Source: an uncultured Acidobacteriota bacterium | GTDB taxonomy: Bacteria; Acidobacteriota; Blastocatellia; RBC074 | Direction: 5' to 3' | NCBI GenBank assembly: GCA_963796275.1 | Contig: CAWCKY010000006.1 | Location: forward strand, 608,001 to 672,000 | DNA length: 64,000 bases | Shown here: positions 1-10,570 of the stretch, piece by piece | Layout of the letters: every line of letters starts with the position of its first letter | Numbering within the stretch: position 1 is the first letter of the stretch | Made by a program: the position numbers and the translations under genes | The notes under the pieces: model-generated | Databases searched by the model: none | What the model was told of the DNA's origin: nothing | The model's input: only the letters and a program-made list of their open reading frames with translations

Positions 1-193
1 TAATATCGCGTTAGGCCGGCGGCTCGGATCCGGGCGAACATACGCGGGCCCGACGTACTTCCCGCATTCGGTTTTCGCAGCTTATTTTTTAATCGCAAAA
101 TATTTTCGATCCGCCTTCTAGAGCCTTGGTTATCTGCTCAAGAGGTACCCGGCATCATTAAATCCGGTTTAGGTCTGTGGTAGGAGACTTCCT

Positions 194-226
194 TTACGAA
201 ATACGAAATTTACGAAATACGAAATT
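194..226. repeat. short tandem repeat (TACGAAA-like units)
   Basis: ttacgaaatacgaaatttacgaaatacgaaatt in an AT-rich intergenic region. Confidence 0.6.
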
Positions 227-654
227 ATGGATAAAAATCCATCGTTTCAGACTTCATTTTTCCTTTTAATATTCATCACATTCAGATAAATCCTTGATGA
301 TGAGTAACCTAGTCTGAAAGATATCCAGAAGATGATTACGGCACTAAATTTGCCAACAATTGAACCACTTAACTGAATACAGGCTTGTAGTTTTCATTCT
401 AATAATACGCTTCTTTGAGTTATCGAATAAGGCAGGCAAGGTTAGAAGGCTAATCAGATAGATAATTAGATAACCTGGGCCGCCGTGAAAAAGATCAAGT
501 ACCCATCGTCCCTGACATCTTTGAGTTTTCATCCCAGCAAAGCCCTCGACGCGGTGAGGTTCTGAGAACTTCACCGCCTTTTTTTCAATTTTATGAATGA
601 CCCCCGGTAATACAAAAAGTTACAATAGTCGTTAATTGACATTTATTTTTATAC

Positions 655-684
655 TTGACAGTCAACCAATATATTAAGTAGTAT
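655..684 (+). promoter_or_regulatory. putative sigma70 promoter upstream of cold-shock gene
   Basis: TTGACA (655-660), 18 bp spacer, TAGTAT (679-684); a second TTGACA at 636-641. Confidence 0.3.
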
Positions 685-1021
685 GCGCGCCGTAGCTATC
701 ATAGCGCCATCTCAGGCGCAACCCAATGCACAAATAAAATAGTAGGTGAGTAGCAGTTGTATCGAGGTTATTTATCCCAACTTCTTCATAGTAGAGATCG
801 TGCGCCGGGCTGGCTTTAATCGGCTGGCCGCGGGCACGATATTTACCTTGATTCAATTGTCCCGCAGTACCAAGGTTATCAACCCCCACCCCTGAACCCC
901 GACCGGGAAGAACGGCTAAACGGTCAGGTTTCAAATGTTATTTCCATTGAGTGGCGGGACGTTTAACTCGACGGGCTGTCGGTAGGCTCGTCTATCTGTT
1001 AACCCAGGAGGTAGTTTCAAC

Positions 1022-1237
1022 ATGGCAGAGAAGAAACTAGGCAAAGTTAAATGGTTCAATAATGCAAAAGGTTATGGCTTTATTGAACAGCCCGAGGGTG
1101 GTGGCGATATTTTCGTTCACTACTCAGCTATTCAGGGACACGGCTTCAAGACGCTGGACGAAGGCCAGATGGTCGAGTTCGAATTAGTCCAGGGGCCGAA
1201 AGGCCGGCAGGCTGAGAAAGTGATCAAGCTACAATAA
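1022..1237 (+). CDS. cspA: cold-shock protein (CSD)
   Basis: [14 protein letters not shown] (RNP1), DIFVHYSAI (RNP2); AGGAGG RBS; paralog name uncertain. Confidence 0.95.
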   Translation: MAEKKLGKVKWFNNAKGYGFIEQPEGGGDIFVHYSAIQGHGFKTLDEGQMVEFELVQGPKGRQAEKVIKLQ

Positions 1238-1266
1238 CACCTGCTCTTCCAATTCACTCTACGAAT

Positions 1267-1314
1267 TTGCCTCGCCTGCTGCAGCGGATTTGATGCAACA
1301 GGCGAGGCAATTTT
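1267..1314 (+). terminator. intrinsic terminator after csp
   Basis: stem ttgcctcgcctgctgcagc / gatgcaacaggcgaggcaa followed by tttt. Confidence 0.7.
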
Positions 1315-1592
1315 CATGTCTAATTTGACAACTTCCTCGGCCCTTAAATAAACTGAAATATGTGCAATTAAAGTTGATTGTAATCAATAGCTTCTGAAGC
1401 GGCTACTTGATGCCAATGTTTTCTCAAGCCGAAGATGAACGCCATCTGAATACCTACATTTCGCTTCAGGGGCTTACAAGATTTGGGTGTTAGAGTGGGA
1501 GAGACATTGCGCGTCTCTGTCGCCCAGGGCCGAGAGCATTGATTCCAGCGGCTTTTAATTTGAACACTCTTCAAATAGACTGACCATTCAAT

Positions 1593-2987
1593 ATGCTTAA
1601 GTTATACAACACACTGACAAACCAGATCGAGGAGTTTCAGCCGATCAACCCGGACGAAGTTCGAATGTACGTGTGCGGGCCGACCGTTTATGGCTATGCC
1701 CACATCGGCAATTTCCGCACATTTCTTTTCGCTGACCTGCTGCGGAGGTACCTTAGGTATAAGGGCTATACGCTCCGTCACGTCATGAATATCACCGATG
1801 TCGACGACAAGATCATTCGCCGGGCGGTCGAACAGCAGAAGAATCTGGATGAATTTACCGATGAATACATCAGATTCTTTTTTGACGATTTCGACGCGCT
1901 CGGCATCGAGCGCCCCGAAGTGTTGCGCGCGACCAGGCACATTCCAGAGATGGTCGAGCTGATTAAACGGCTGACTGCGATGGGGCATACGTACCAGTCC
2001 GACGGATCTACCTATTTCCGGATCGCGAGTTTTAAGAAATATGGACAGTTGTCGAAGACCAACTTTGAAGGGAATATCGCGGGCGCCAGCGAGCGCCTCG
2101 ATGCGGATGAGTATGATAAGGAGGATGTCCGGGATTTCGCCCTCTGGAAATTGGCCAAACCGGGGGAGCCTTTCTGGGAGACCGATCTCGGCCCGGGCCG
2201 TCCTGGTTGGCATATAGAGTGCTCGGCGATGTCGATGAAAGCACTGGGTGAATCTTTCGATATTCATGCGGGCGGGGTCGACCTGATCTTTCCGCATCAC
2301 GAGAATGAGATTGCCCAATCGGAATGTGCGACGGGCAAACCTTTCGTACGTTATTGGCTGCACACGGAATTCCTGATGGTCGAAGGGCAGAAGATGTCCA
2401 AGAAGCTGGGCAACGAGTATACGTTACGTGACTTGCTGGCTAAAGGCCATACGCCGCGCGCGATCCGCTACCTGCTGCTGTCGGCTCCGCATCACAAGCA
2501 GCTAAACTTCACGTTAGACAGCCTCCGCAGCGCCGAGACCACGGTCGAGCGTTTGAACGATTTCAGACGCAGGCTGAAAGAAATGAGGACCGAACCTGGA
2601 TCCTCGCCGGAGGTTGCCGGTTTGATCGAGCATTCACAACGGCGTTTCAACGATGCCCTCGATGACGATCTGAACACTGCTGAGGCGCTGGCGGCTACTC
2701 ATGACTTCATTCGGGAAACCAATACCGCGATGAAACCGGGATATCTGATGTCCAGCGATAAAAAAGCCCTGCTTGAACTGGTTGATGGCTTCGATTCCGT
2801 TTTCGGTATCTTCGGAAAGATCGAACAGGAGTTGCTCGATTCCGAGATCCAGGCCATGATCGATGAGCGGCAGGCGGCGCGCAAGGCCAGGGACTTCGGC
2901 CGTTCCGATGAGATTCGCGATCGACTCACTGATCTCGGGATCATTCTCGAGGATACGAAAGAAGGCGTCCGCTGGCGCAGAAAATAA
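1593..2987 (+). CDS. cysS: cysteine--tRNA ligase
   Basis: YVCGPTVY, HIGN, PGWHIECSAM, FPHHENE, KMSK motifs. Confidence 0.97.
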   Translation: MLKLYNTLTNQIEEFQPINPDEVRMYVCGPTVYGYAHIGNFRTFLFADLLRRYLRYKGYTLRHVMNITDVDDKIIRRAVEQQKNLDEFTDEYIRFFFDDFDALGIERPEVLRATRHIPEMVELIKRLTAMGHTYQSDGSTYFRIASFKKYGQLSKTNFEGNIAGASERLDADEYDKEDVRDFALWKLAKPGEPFWETDLGPGRPGWHIECSAMSMKALGESFDIHAGGVDLIFPHHENEIAQSECATGKPFVRYWLHTEFLMVEGQKMSKKLGNEYTLRDLLAKGHTPRAIRYLLLSAPHHKQLNFTLDSLRSAETTVERLNDFRRRLKEMRTEPGSSPEVAGLIEHSQRRFNDALDDDLNTAEALAATHDFIRETNTAMKPGYLMSSDKKALLELVDGFDSVFGIFGKIEQELLDSEIQAMIDERQAARKARDFGRSDEIRDRLTDLGIILEDTKEGVRWRRK

Positions 2988-3265
2988 AGTATGAGTCAAA
3001 ACACCATCTTCATCTTCCAACACGTTCCCACCCTCTCGCGCAAGAACCTCTTTGCGGATTAATCGAATTATCTACATCGAAATAGGTTGATCCACGGGGA
3101 ACACGGCGATAAATAGTAATACCTATCTCGCGTTCCCGGTGGTTACATTTGAAACCACGATAAAGCTGATGTCGTCGGATTTGCTCGGATTTATTCCGCG
3201 GATATCCGTAGGATCAGCGTCAATCCGTGGTTGGTTTCAATGTTCCCAATCCGGAGGTATATTCG

Positions 3266-4636
3266 ATGCAAGGCAGAAAAGAGCTGAAATCTGCGAGGCT
3301 TCCCATAATTAAAGGGTCGCTGCCAGGACCTCGCGCTGAAGAGGTCATCGCACGGGATGCGCAATATATTTCGCCGTCTTACACGCGCAGTTATCCGCTC
3401 GTCGTGCAACGGGGCAGCGGCGCGATGATCGAGGATGTGGATGGCAACATATTCCTGGACTTCAACGCCGGCGTCGCCGTCTGTTCGACGGGGCATGCAC
3501 ATCCTCGCGTTGTCGAAGCGATCAAGAAGCAGGTTGATAATTTTCTCCATATTTCGGGCACTGATTATTATTATCCGCACTTACCCGCTCTCGCCGAAAA
3601 ACTCAATCAGCTCGTCCCGGGCGATTTTGGTAAAAAGACGCATTTCGGAAACTCCGGCGCCGAGGCTATTGAGGGCGCGATCAAGCTGGCTTTTTACACG
3701 ACGCGCCGCCAGAAGCTGATCGGATTTTTTGGCGGATTTCATGGCCGGACGATGGGCGCGCTCTCTCTCACAGCGAGCAAATCGAGACAGCGCGCGGGGT
3801 TTGGTCGTCAGGCGCTCGATGTGACGCACGTCCCATATGCCAATTGTTATCGGTGTCCTTATAGCTTGAAGCCGGAGACCTGCGGGGCCTACGAATCGAA
3901 AGGTCCGCATTGCGCGCGAGTTATCGAAGACCTGCTCTTCAAGACGACAGTCCCGGCGGACGATTGCGCCGCGATCGTCGTCGAGCCGATCCAGGGCGAG
4001 GGCGGATATATCGTTCCTCCCGCCTCTTTCCTGCAAACGATTCGTCGCATCGCGGTCAAGTATGGCGTGGTGGTTATCGCCGATGAAGTGCAATCCGGGA
4101 TGGGACGAACGGGGAAGATGTTCGCATCGCAGCATTTCGATTTCGTTCCCGACATTATGGCGATCGCCAAAGGTATTGCGTCAGGTCTGCCGCTAGGGGC
4201 GACTGTGGCGCGCGCCGATTTGATGGAGTGGGGGTCTGGCGCGCACGCCTCGACCTTTGGGGGAAACCCCGTCGCGATATCGGCCGCTCTGGCGACGATC
4301 GAGCTGCTCGAAGATGGCCTGGTAATCAACGCGGCAAAGATGGGCGATTACTTGCTGGATGGTTTACGTGAGTTGATGAAGAGGCATGACATCATCGGCG
4401 ATGTGCGCGGCAAGGGCCTGATGATCGGAGTCGAGCTGGTCAAGGATCGTGCGACAAAGGAGCCGCATCCGGACGCACTGCTTCGTGTTGAAATCGAATG
4501 CTTCCGTCGCGGCTTGATAATTCAAGGGGCCGGGACGAGCACAATCCGGCTCTCACCGCCGCTGGTGATCGATCAGGATCAATGCGATTTTGCGCTTAAA
4601 ACGCTGGATGACGTGCTTCGGATGGTGAGGGAGTGA
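3266..4636 (+). CDS. class III PLP aminotransferase (4-aminobutyrate/acetylornithine type)
   Basis: NSGAEAIE, FHGRT, EPIQGEGG, DEVQSGMGRTG, AKG; ATG 3266 follows GGAGG. Confidence 0.9.
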   Translation: MQGRKELKSARLPIIKGSLPGPRAEEVIARDAQYISPSYTRSYPLVVQRGSGAMIEDVDGNIFLDFNAGVAVCSTGHAHPRVVEAIKKQVDNFLHISGTDYYYPHLPALAEKLNQLVPGDFGKKTHFGNSGAEAIEGAIKLAFYTTRRQKLIGFFGGFHGRTMGALSLTASKSRQRAGFGRQALDVTHVPYANCYRCPYSLKPETCGAYESKGPHCARVIEDLLFKTTVPADDCAAIVVEPIQGEGGYIVPPASFLQTIRRIAVKYGVVVIADEVQSGMGRTGKMFASQHFDFVPDIMAIAKGIASGLPLGATVARADLMEWGSGAHASTFGGNPVAISAALATIELLEDGLVINAAKMGDYLLDGLRELMKRHDIIGDVRGKGLMIGVELVKDRATKEPHPDALLRVEIECFRRGLIIQGAGTSTIRLSPPLVIDQDQCDFALKTLDDVLRMVRE

Positions 4637-4693
4637 AAGCGGGTTAACCGTAAAGCGTGGGGAGAGAATATATGAGTAGCCACAGAAGCAGAT

Positions 4694-4780
4694 CATTTTA
4701 CATTTGACATTTTAGATCTGACATTTGTCATTGATTCTTCCAATGACAAATATCGAATCTGAAATATCAAATGTAATATG
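4694..4780. repeat. inverted pair of 7-bp tandem repeats (CATTTTA/AAATGAC family)
   Basis: CATTTTA CATTTGA CATTTTA GATCTGA CATTTGT CATTG ... CAATG ACAAATA TCGAATC TGAAATA TCAAATG TAATATG. Confidence 0.8.
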
Positions 4781-4915
4781 TATTCTCTCTTCATCTCTCC
4801 AATACACGGCTCATGCCGGAAAGATCATGGGAGGGAGGGGCTCGGTCCCTCCCTCCCCACTCAGTCCCACTCCAATCTCTCTTTCATCTTTGTCCGTAAA
4901 AAATTAAGATATGAG

Positions 4916-4943
4916 GGAACTTTCCCCAGGTGCAGGTGTCTAT
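4916..4943 (+). promoter_or_regulatory. sigmaE-like ECF promoter upstream of the ECF sigma gene
   Basis: GGAACTT (4916-4922), 16 bp, TCTAT (4939-4943); matches the RpoE-type GGAACTT-N16-TCnAA consensus. Confidence 0.65.
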
Positions 4944-5016
4944 GTTGATGTCGAAAAAGTTGACACCACAGGGCTTCTAATTAATGTGACAGATCCACAT
5001 CGGAGAGTGGGCGCGC

Positions 5017-5724
5017 ATGCTTGCCGAGAAAGAGGCATTGCTGGTATCCGGGCTGGAAGAGTTCGGATCTTCGGAGTTGATGGCAACGGAACTCGCATTG
5101 GAAATCGAGTCTCCGCCAGCCGCACAGCTGTGTCTATACGAATCGGTTCTCATCAAGCGTCTCAGGGCGGGTGAGATGTATGCCTTTAATGAGCTGGTGG
5201 AGGAGTACCAGTCGCTTGTTTATGCGTTGGCCCTGCGCATTCTCGGTGATGCTGAAGATGCCCGGGATGCGACGCAGGAGACATTCTTGAAGATCTATCG
5301 CCACTTCGCACGCTTCCGAGGTGACGCGAGTTTAAAGACATGGATATGCCGGATAGCAATCAATCAGGCTCGCAGCACTGAGCGTTGGTGGCGTCGCCGG
5401 CATCGGGGAGAGACGACTTCCCTCGATATGCCGCTGCCCGGGAATGGCAGTGATAACCGTTCGCCCCAATGTCCGGGCGACTTCATTGCCAGCCCATCGG
5501 CGACACCAGAATCGGCGACCCTGACGCGCGAGCGTGGGCGTCAAATCGAAATCGCGCTGGGCCAGTTGAAGAGAGATTTTCGAATAGTCGTCATATTACG
5601 AGATATTGAAGGGCTTTCTTACGATGAGATCGCATATGTAACCGGTGTATCGGTCGGGACGGTCAAATCGCGGATATCGCGAGGCCGTGAAATGCTCCGT
5701 GAGAAAGTGCAGGGAGTTTTATAA
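5017..5724 (+). CDS. ECF sigma-70 family factor (RpoE/SigW-like)
   Basis: region 2 DAEDARDATQETF...WICRIAIN; region 4 LSYDEIA...GTVKSRISRGR. Confidence 0.93.
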   Translation: MLAEKEALLVSGLEEFGSSELMATELALEIESPPAAQLCLYESVLIKRLRAGEMYAFNELVEEYQSLVYALALRILGDAEDARDATQETFLKIYRHFARFRGDASLKTWICRIAINQARSTERWWRRRHRGETTSLDMPLPGNGSDNRSPQCPGDFIASPSATPESATLTRERGRQIEIALGQLKRDFRIVVILRDIEGLSYDEIAYVTGVSVGTVKSRISRGREMLREKVQGVL

Positions 5725-5892
5725 GTTTCGGAGATCGCCGTACCGGCTGTAAACGCCCTTTTCGACGCTCATAGCCGATGGGTCGGCGAAACACCAGTGA
5801 ACCAAAGATGGGTCAGCAACCGATTCTTGGGTTCTTTCAAAACTGAGCGTTTGCAGCGTACGGCGAACTCCGAAAACAATGTTGAACGCGGA

Positions 5893-5920
5893 GCAACTCA
5901 AACGGGATCCGGTGTTCTAA
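5893..5920 (+). promoter_or_regulatory. possible second ECF promoter before the anti-sigma gene
   Basis: GCAACTC, 16 bp, TCTAA; same geometry as 4916-4943. Confidence 0.35.
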
Positions 5921-5932
5921 ACAAATACAGAC

Positions 5933-6670
5933 ATGACTTGCAAAGAATTTCCATCGCTCTATTCAAGCTTGATCGATGATAGCGCCCGAGATATTGAGCA
6001 GCAGGCCCTCCATCAGCATATGAGGGCGTGTGTGCAATGCCGACGGCGTGCATCAGAGATGCGCAAATTACGATCTGAATTGCGGGCATTGGAATACCCG
6101 AAACCGGCGCTGGAAATGTCGGCGCAGATTCGATCGGCCCTCCAACGCGAGGCTCGACTGAAAGCCAGCTATGCGAAGGAGCGGGCTGATTGGATGGATT
6201 TGTGGCGCACTAGGCTCTACTCGCAGGGCATCGGTGCCGTCGTTTCGGTAGCCTTGATCCTCGTTGTTGGAATAGGCGTTTTCAGGTCGGCTCTGCGCGC
6301 CTTCTCTCTGTTACATACGACGACAGAAGTGATCTGGCAGGACCCGGTCAGTGAAGAGATTAGGTACCAATCTCTGCTCAAAGCCCGGCTGTTGCAGCCT
6401 CCCCTGCCGCCGACCTTCAGCCCTAGCGGTGAATTACTAAATGTCGGCGCCAGCCAGTCGGACGACTACATTATTCAGGTCACCGTCAAGGTGCACAAAG
6501 ATGGACGCGCTTCTATCAATCAGATCGATATTCCGGCGCACGATGCTTCAGTTATGACCAGATTTTCCAATGTGATCACAGAGCGGGCCAGCTTCGAGCC
6601 GTTTCGCCGCAACCAGAACACCACCGATAAAGCCGTTGTCATCTTCGGGAAGATGAATATATCCGGCTGA
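5933..6670 (+). CDS. zinc-finger (zf-HC2/ZAS) transmembrane anti-sigma factor
   Basis: N-terminal C plus HMRACVQC (HxxxCxxC); one TM helix; follows the ECF sigma. Confidence 0.85.
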   Translation: MTCKEFPSLYSSLIDDSARDIEQQALHQHMRACVQCRRRASEMRKLRSELRALEYPKPALEMSAQIRSALQREARLKASYAKERADWMDLWRTRLYSQGIGAVVSVALILVVGIGVFRSALRAFSLLHTTTEVIWQDPVSEEIRYQSLLKARLLQPPLPPTFSPSGELLNVGASQSDDYIIQVTVKVHKDGRASINQIDIPAHDASVMTRFSNVITERASFEPFRRNQNTTDKAVVIFGKMNISG

Positions 6671-6703
6671 ACTTTTAACAATCGACCTCAATAATCCGAG
6701 CGG

Positions 6704-6739
6704 CATCTCAAATTTCAAATCTTATATTTGAAATTTGAG
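6704..6739. repeat. short 7-bp inverted repeat (AAATTTC/TTTGAAA family)
   Basis: catctca aatttca aatctta tatttga aatttga g. Confidence 0.5.
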
Positions 6740-6803
6740 CGGGCCGGATTGCGTGAGCTTCCACATTCAGCACATTCCCGGATTTCCGTGAAGGAGGGAA
6801 AAG

Positions 6804-7217
6804 ATGAACAATATGAGTCGCCTAACGCCATACATCAATGTCACACCATTGATCGATATCCTGCTCGTCTTGCTCATCATTTTCATGGTCATCAGCCCTC
6901 TGCGACCGGAAAAATTCGATGCACGGATACCGGAGAAATTGCCATCCGATGACAGGGATGTTGAGATTCCGGACTACCTTGTCGTGTCGATCGATCGCGA
7001 TGGCGGCTATCGGGTGAATAAACAACAGGCCAAAACGATCGAGGACATGTCGGAGATTGTGCGTTTCGCGCTCGATATGCGCCCGCCGGAACACAAAGCC
7101 GTTTTTGTCAAAGCCCCGCGTGTCTTGAATTACGGCGAAGTTGTAAGAGTTATCGATGTTCTGAAGGCGGCAGGCAGCTCATCCATTGGACTGCAGATCG
7201 ACGGCCTCGACCATTGA
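6804..7217 (+). CDS. exbD: biopolymer transport protein ExbD/TolR
   Basis: INVTPLIDILLVLLIIFMV TM with conserved Asp; YGEVVRVID...AAG. Confidence 0.92.
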   Translation: MNNMSRLTPYINVTPLIDILLVLLIIFMVISPLRPEKFDARIPEKLPSDDRDVEIPDYLVVSIDRDGGYRVNKQQAKTIEDMSEIVRFALDMRPPEHKAVFVKAPRVLNYGEVVRVIDVLKAAGSSSIGLQIDGLDH

Positions 7218-7292
7218 TTTGGTCCAGATAGTTACAATCCCAATTTTCATAGCTTCGCAATCCATCGGCTGGATCGTTACATGGAGATAGCG

Positions 7293-8037
7293 ATGTTCGA
7301 TAGACTCGTTGAATCATCACGACATAAGCAAGGCAGGCGTGCGAGCAGCTATATGCTCGTCACGAGTTTGTTCTATACCTTGGCGCTCTTCGTATTCGTC
7401 GCGCTGGCTGTTCTCGGATTCAACCCCATATTGGCTCATGAGGGATCATTCCTGGCTAAGGTGACTCTCCCGCCAGTACCGGCGGACTCATTGCCGATGA
7501 CAATAAAATGCCCCACGGCGAATACTCCTGCTCCACACCTTCAGGGTGCCCTTTGAATTACCGGATACAACACTACCGAAGACAGATATGAGGGAATTCG
7601 GGCCAATAGATTTTCTTCCCGGCGTAATTAATACGGCGCTAAGATACAGAGGCGGCTCCCAGCCCGGATACGGGACAGATGACGAAATTCCGGCTGCGCC
7701 TACTCCTCCCCCGATGCCTAAAATTGAGCCATCTCCGGACGTGAACGCCGGCTCCAGCAAGGTTTCGGAGGGGGTGCTGCAGGGCAGCGCGATTAAAAAA
7801 GTGAGACCCGTCTATCCGGAGATCGCGAGGAGGATACGCGCAGGCGGACCGGTGCAGGTGCAGGTGATGATCTCAGAAGATGGGCGAGTGATTGAGGCTT
7901 TTATTCTAAACGGTCATCCATCGCTGAGAGGCGCCGCGCTTGAGGCTGCTCGCCAATGGATATTTGAGCCGACGACGCTCAGCAAGGTGCCGGTCAAGGT
8001 GCAGGGCGTTCTGACATTCAACTTTACGCTCGAATGA
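7293..8037 (+). pseudogene. TonB-family energy transducer split by a +1 frame change (pseudogene, sequencing error or programmed frameshift)
   Basis: ORF1 (MFDRLVES, TM, ends 7556) and ORF2 (Pro-rich region, TonB_C PVYPEIARR...GPVQVQVMISEDGRV...FNF) are in different frames and overlap at 7507-7553. Confidence 0.7.
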
Positions 8038-8042
8038 TGTAG

Positions 8043-8570
8043 TCAAAATGCGATTTTTTTGATTATCTCTTCGATTATCTGGTCGGGGGTTTGATCTTCC
8101 CTGGTCACAATTCGAAGCGAGTTATGCCGGTAGATCGGCAGACGTTGATCGTAGCGAGCGCGCGCGGACAATCGGTCAGGCGCTAGCGGGCGAATCGTCT
8201 GATCGTTCTGAATTCTCAGCCAGCATAACTCGAATGGAGTATCTAGCCAGACCAGGGTACCGCAGTTCGCCATCAATTCGCGATTTTCAGCGCGTGTGAT
8301 CGCACCGCCTCCCGGGGCGATCACGGCGAGCTCACCCTGAGCGGTCTCTCTCAGCAGTTCTGTTTCGATTTGGCGGAAATAGTCTTCGCCCTCACGCGCA
8401 ATCAGTTCGGCGATGGTAAGCCTCGTTCTGGCCTCAATCGCCGGATCGATATCGATGAACGGGCGATTGAGTCTTTGCGCGAGCAAGGGTCCTACGGTCG
8501 ATTTTCCACTCGCCATGAAGCCGATGAGAAAAATTTGTGACGGTCGATTTGAAATGGTCGAGTCGTTCAT
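8043..8570 (-). CDS. aroK: shikimate kinase
   Basis: GFMASGKST P-loop, FRQIE, GGG, RPL. Confidence 0.95.
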   Translation of the reverse strand: MNDSTISNRPSQIFLIGFMASGKSTVGPLLAQRLNRPFIDIDPAIEARTRLTIAELIAREGEDYFRQIETELLRETAQGELAVIAPGGGAITRAENRELMANCGTLVWLDTPFELCWLRIQNDQTIRPLAPDRLSARARYDQRLPIYRHNSLRIVTREDQTPDQIIEEIIKKIAF

Positions 8571-9886
8571 TACTTAAAGATCGCTCCGCAGTCGGCGAGA
8601 ATCTGAAAGAACTCCGGTAATGAAACGGATGCCGCATCGGCGCCGGAGATCTCAGTCTCTCCCTCTGCAACCATCCCGGCTACCGCGAATGACATCGCGA
8701 TGCGATGATCGCCGAACGAATCTATCCGCGCACCGCTCAGGGGTTGCGGGCCCGATAAACGCAGGCCGTCCTCAAACTCCTCCACCTCGGCTCCCATGCG
8801 GCGTAAATTGTCGATGATGGTCCGTATGCGGTCACTCTCTTTGACTCGCAGCTCGCGCGCTTCGCGAATAATCAGCGTGCCGCTCAGCTTTGTCGCGGCG
8901 ACGGCGAGAATCGGAATTTCGTCGATCAGGTTCGCGATGATAGCGCCGGAGAGTTCCATGTCTCCTTTCAACTCGGACGATTTAACGACGATGTCCGCGA
9001 CCGATTCGCCGTGAGCGAGTCTCGGGTTCTCGATTTCGATGCGCGCACCGAGCTGTCTCAAAACATCGATCAGCGCCGTGCGCGAAGGGTTGGTGCCGAT
9101 GTGGCGTAACCGCAATTCGGCGTCGGGGGTGACTAATGCGGCCACCATAAAGAAGGCGGCCGATGAAAGGTCCCCGGCCACCGTGTAGTCGCCGAGCGGC
9201 CGCAAGGGCTTGCGGCCGACTACTGAAATCCCTTGATCAGAAAGGGCCGCGCCGCATTCACCCATCATCACCTCGGTATGATTACGCGTCGGCGTCTTTT
9301 CGATTACGGTCGTTCTTCCATCAGCGAATAGTCCCGCGAGCAATACGCAGGATTTGACCTGTGCGCTGGCTATCGGAGGACTGTATTCGATCCCCTTCAG
9401 ATTACCGCCGGTGATCCTCATGGGCGCGAAATTATTGTCCCGCGCCTCTATTTGTGCACCCATCAATGTCAGCGGGTCGATGATTCGCTTCATCGGCCGG
9501 CGCTGGATGCTCTCATCTCCCGTGATCCCGCTCGTAAATTTCTGTCCCGCGAGAACGCCGGAGAGCATCCGGATGGTCGAGCCCGAATTCCCGGCATCGA
9601 GCATCCCCGGAGCTTCGCGCAGACCATCGAGTCCAACACCTTCGATCGTAATCGAACCGTGCTGGCGAACGATGCTGACTCCGAGCGATGCCAGGCATTC
9701 GAGCGTGTTTTGACAATCGCGCGCAGAGGAATAATTTCGTAGTCGGCTTGTCCCCTCCCCGATTGCCGCGAATATAGCGCTGCGGTGCGAGATGGATTTG
9801 TCTCCAGGCAATTGGAAATCGCCGCGTAGTGTGGATGCAGGAATTATTTTAATGATGTTTGAATATGTTTTTTTCTTTTCTGTCAT
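8570..9886 (-). CDS. aroA: 3-phosphoshikimate 1-carboxyvinyltransferase (class II EPSPS)
   Basis: [32 protein letters not shown]. Confidence 0.97.
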   Translation of the reverse strand: MTEKKKTYSNIIKIIPASTLRGDFQLPGDKSISHRSAIFAAIGEGTSRLRNYSSARDCQNTLECLASLGVSIVRQHGSITIEGVGLDGLREAPGMLDAGNSGSTIRMLSGVLAGQKFTSGITGDESIQRRPMKRIIDPLTLMGAQIEARDNNFAPMRITGGNLKGIEYSPPIASAQVKSCVLLAGLFADGRTTVIEKTPTRNHTEVMMGECGAALSDQGISVVGRKPLRPLGDYTVAGDLSSAAFFMVAALVTPDAELRLRHIGTNPSRTALIDVLRQLGARIEIENPRLAHGESVADIVVKSSELKGDMELSGAIIANLIDEIPILAVAATKLSGTLIIREARELRVKESDRIRTIIDNLRRMGAEVEEFEDGLRLSGPQPLSGARIDSFGDHRIAMSFAVAGMVAEGETEISGADAASVSLPEFFQILADCGAIFK

Positions 9887-9903
9887 CGAAAATTAAATTG
9901 CGT

Positions 9904-9999
9904 TGAAACTTTTGTGTTTTTAATACCGTAGTGTTGTGCGATCATACAAAAGCTCGTCGAGCGCTTACCTTGACATCACTTTTTGCGCTGTGTTACACA
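9904..9999 (+). promoter_or_regulatory. candidate ECF-type and sigma70 promoters upstream of the rsbW/rsbV-like pair
   Basis: TGAAAC-N17-CGTA (9904-9930); TTGACA (9970-9975) with TGnTACACA (9991-9999). Confidence 0.3.
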
Positions 10000-10099
10000 G
10001 AGCGAGCCTGACAGTAATCGCGAGACTCGCGAGCATCTTAACAGATCGACACTTGCTTAGGCATATCTGAATTTCGCGTGAAGAAGGAACCCGCGGCAT

Positions 10100-10570
10100 A
10101 TGATGCTAGCCGAAAACGTGGTCGAACTGACCATTGCCAGCCAGTTGGAGTATATTGACCTGGTCACTACTCTCACTGATAACGTCACCGGCATGATCGG
10201 ATTTGACGAGGAGTCTGCCTATTGGATCAATATGGCTGTACGCGAATCGGTTGCCAATGCAGTGGAGCACGGGAACAAATATGATCCGCAAAAATCTGTT
10301 GATGTTCGATTCACGATAGGCGTAGACGCGCTCCGGGTAACAATCCGAGATTACGGGGAAGGATTTGACCCTTCCACACTTCCAGATCCGCTCGATCCCA
10401 ACAATCTATTAAATCCAGCCGGTCGTGGCATCCTCTACATGCGGACTTTTATGGACTCTGTCGAATACGGATATCATCCCGAAGGCGGGATGATCGTGAC
10501 AATGTCTAAGCGCCGAGCGCCGAAACAGATTGACGAAGGAGACCGAAAGCACGATGCAGTTGGAAATTAA
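10100..10570 (+). CDS. anti-sigma factor / serine kinase (RsbW/SpoIIAB-like, HATPase_c_2)
   Basis: [24 protein letters not shown]. Confidence 0.9.
   Translation: MMLAENVVELTIASQLEYIDLVTTLTDNVTGMIGFDEESAYWINMAVRESVANAVEHGNKYDPQKSVDVRFTIGVDALRVTIRDYGEGFDPSTLPDPLDPNNLLNPAGRGILYMRTFMDSVEYGYHPEGGMIVTMSKRRAPKQIDEGDRKHDAVGN

Noticed and set aside
344-934. short minus-strand ORFs 344..574 and 674..934
   Set aside because: Atypical composition with no RBS or motifs; likely non-coding.
1420-1560. possible riboswitch or T-box upstream of cysS (GGGAGAGAC...GTCTC hairpin)
   Set aside because: Lacks the glycine-riboswitch CGCCGAAG/CTCTCAGG elements and a T-box motif; only a small hairpin is supported.
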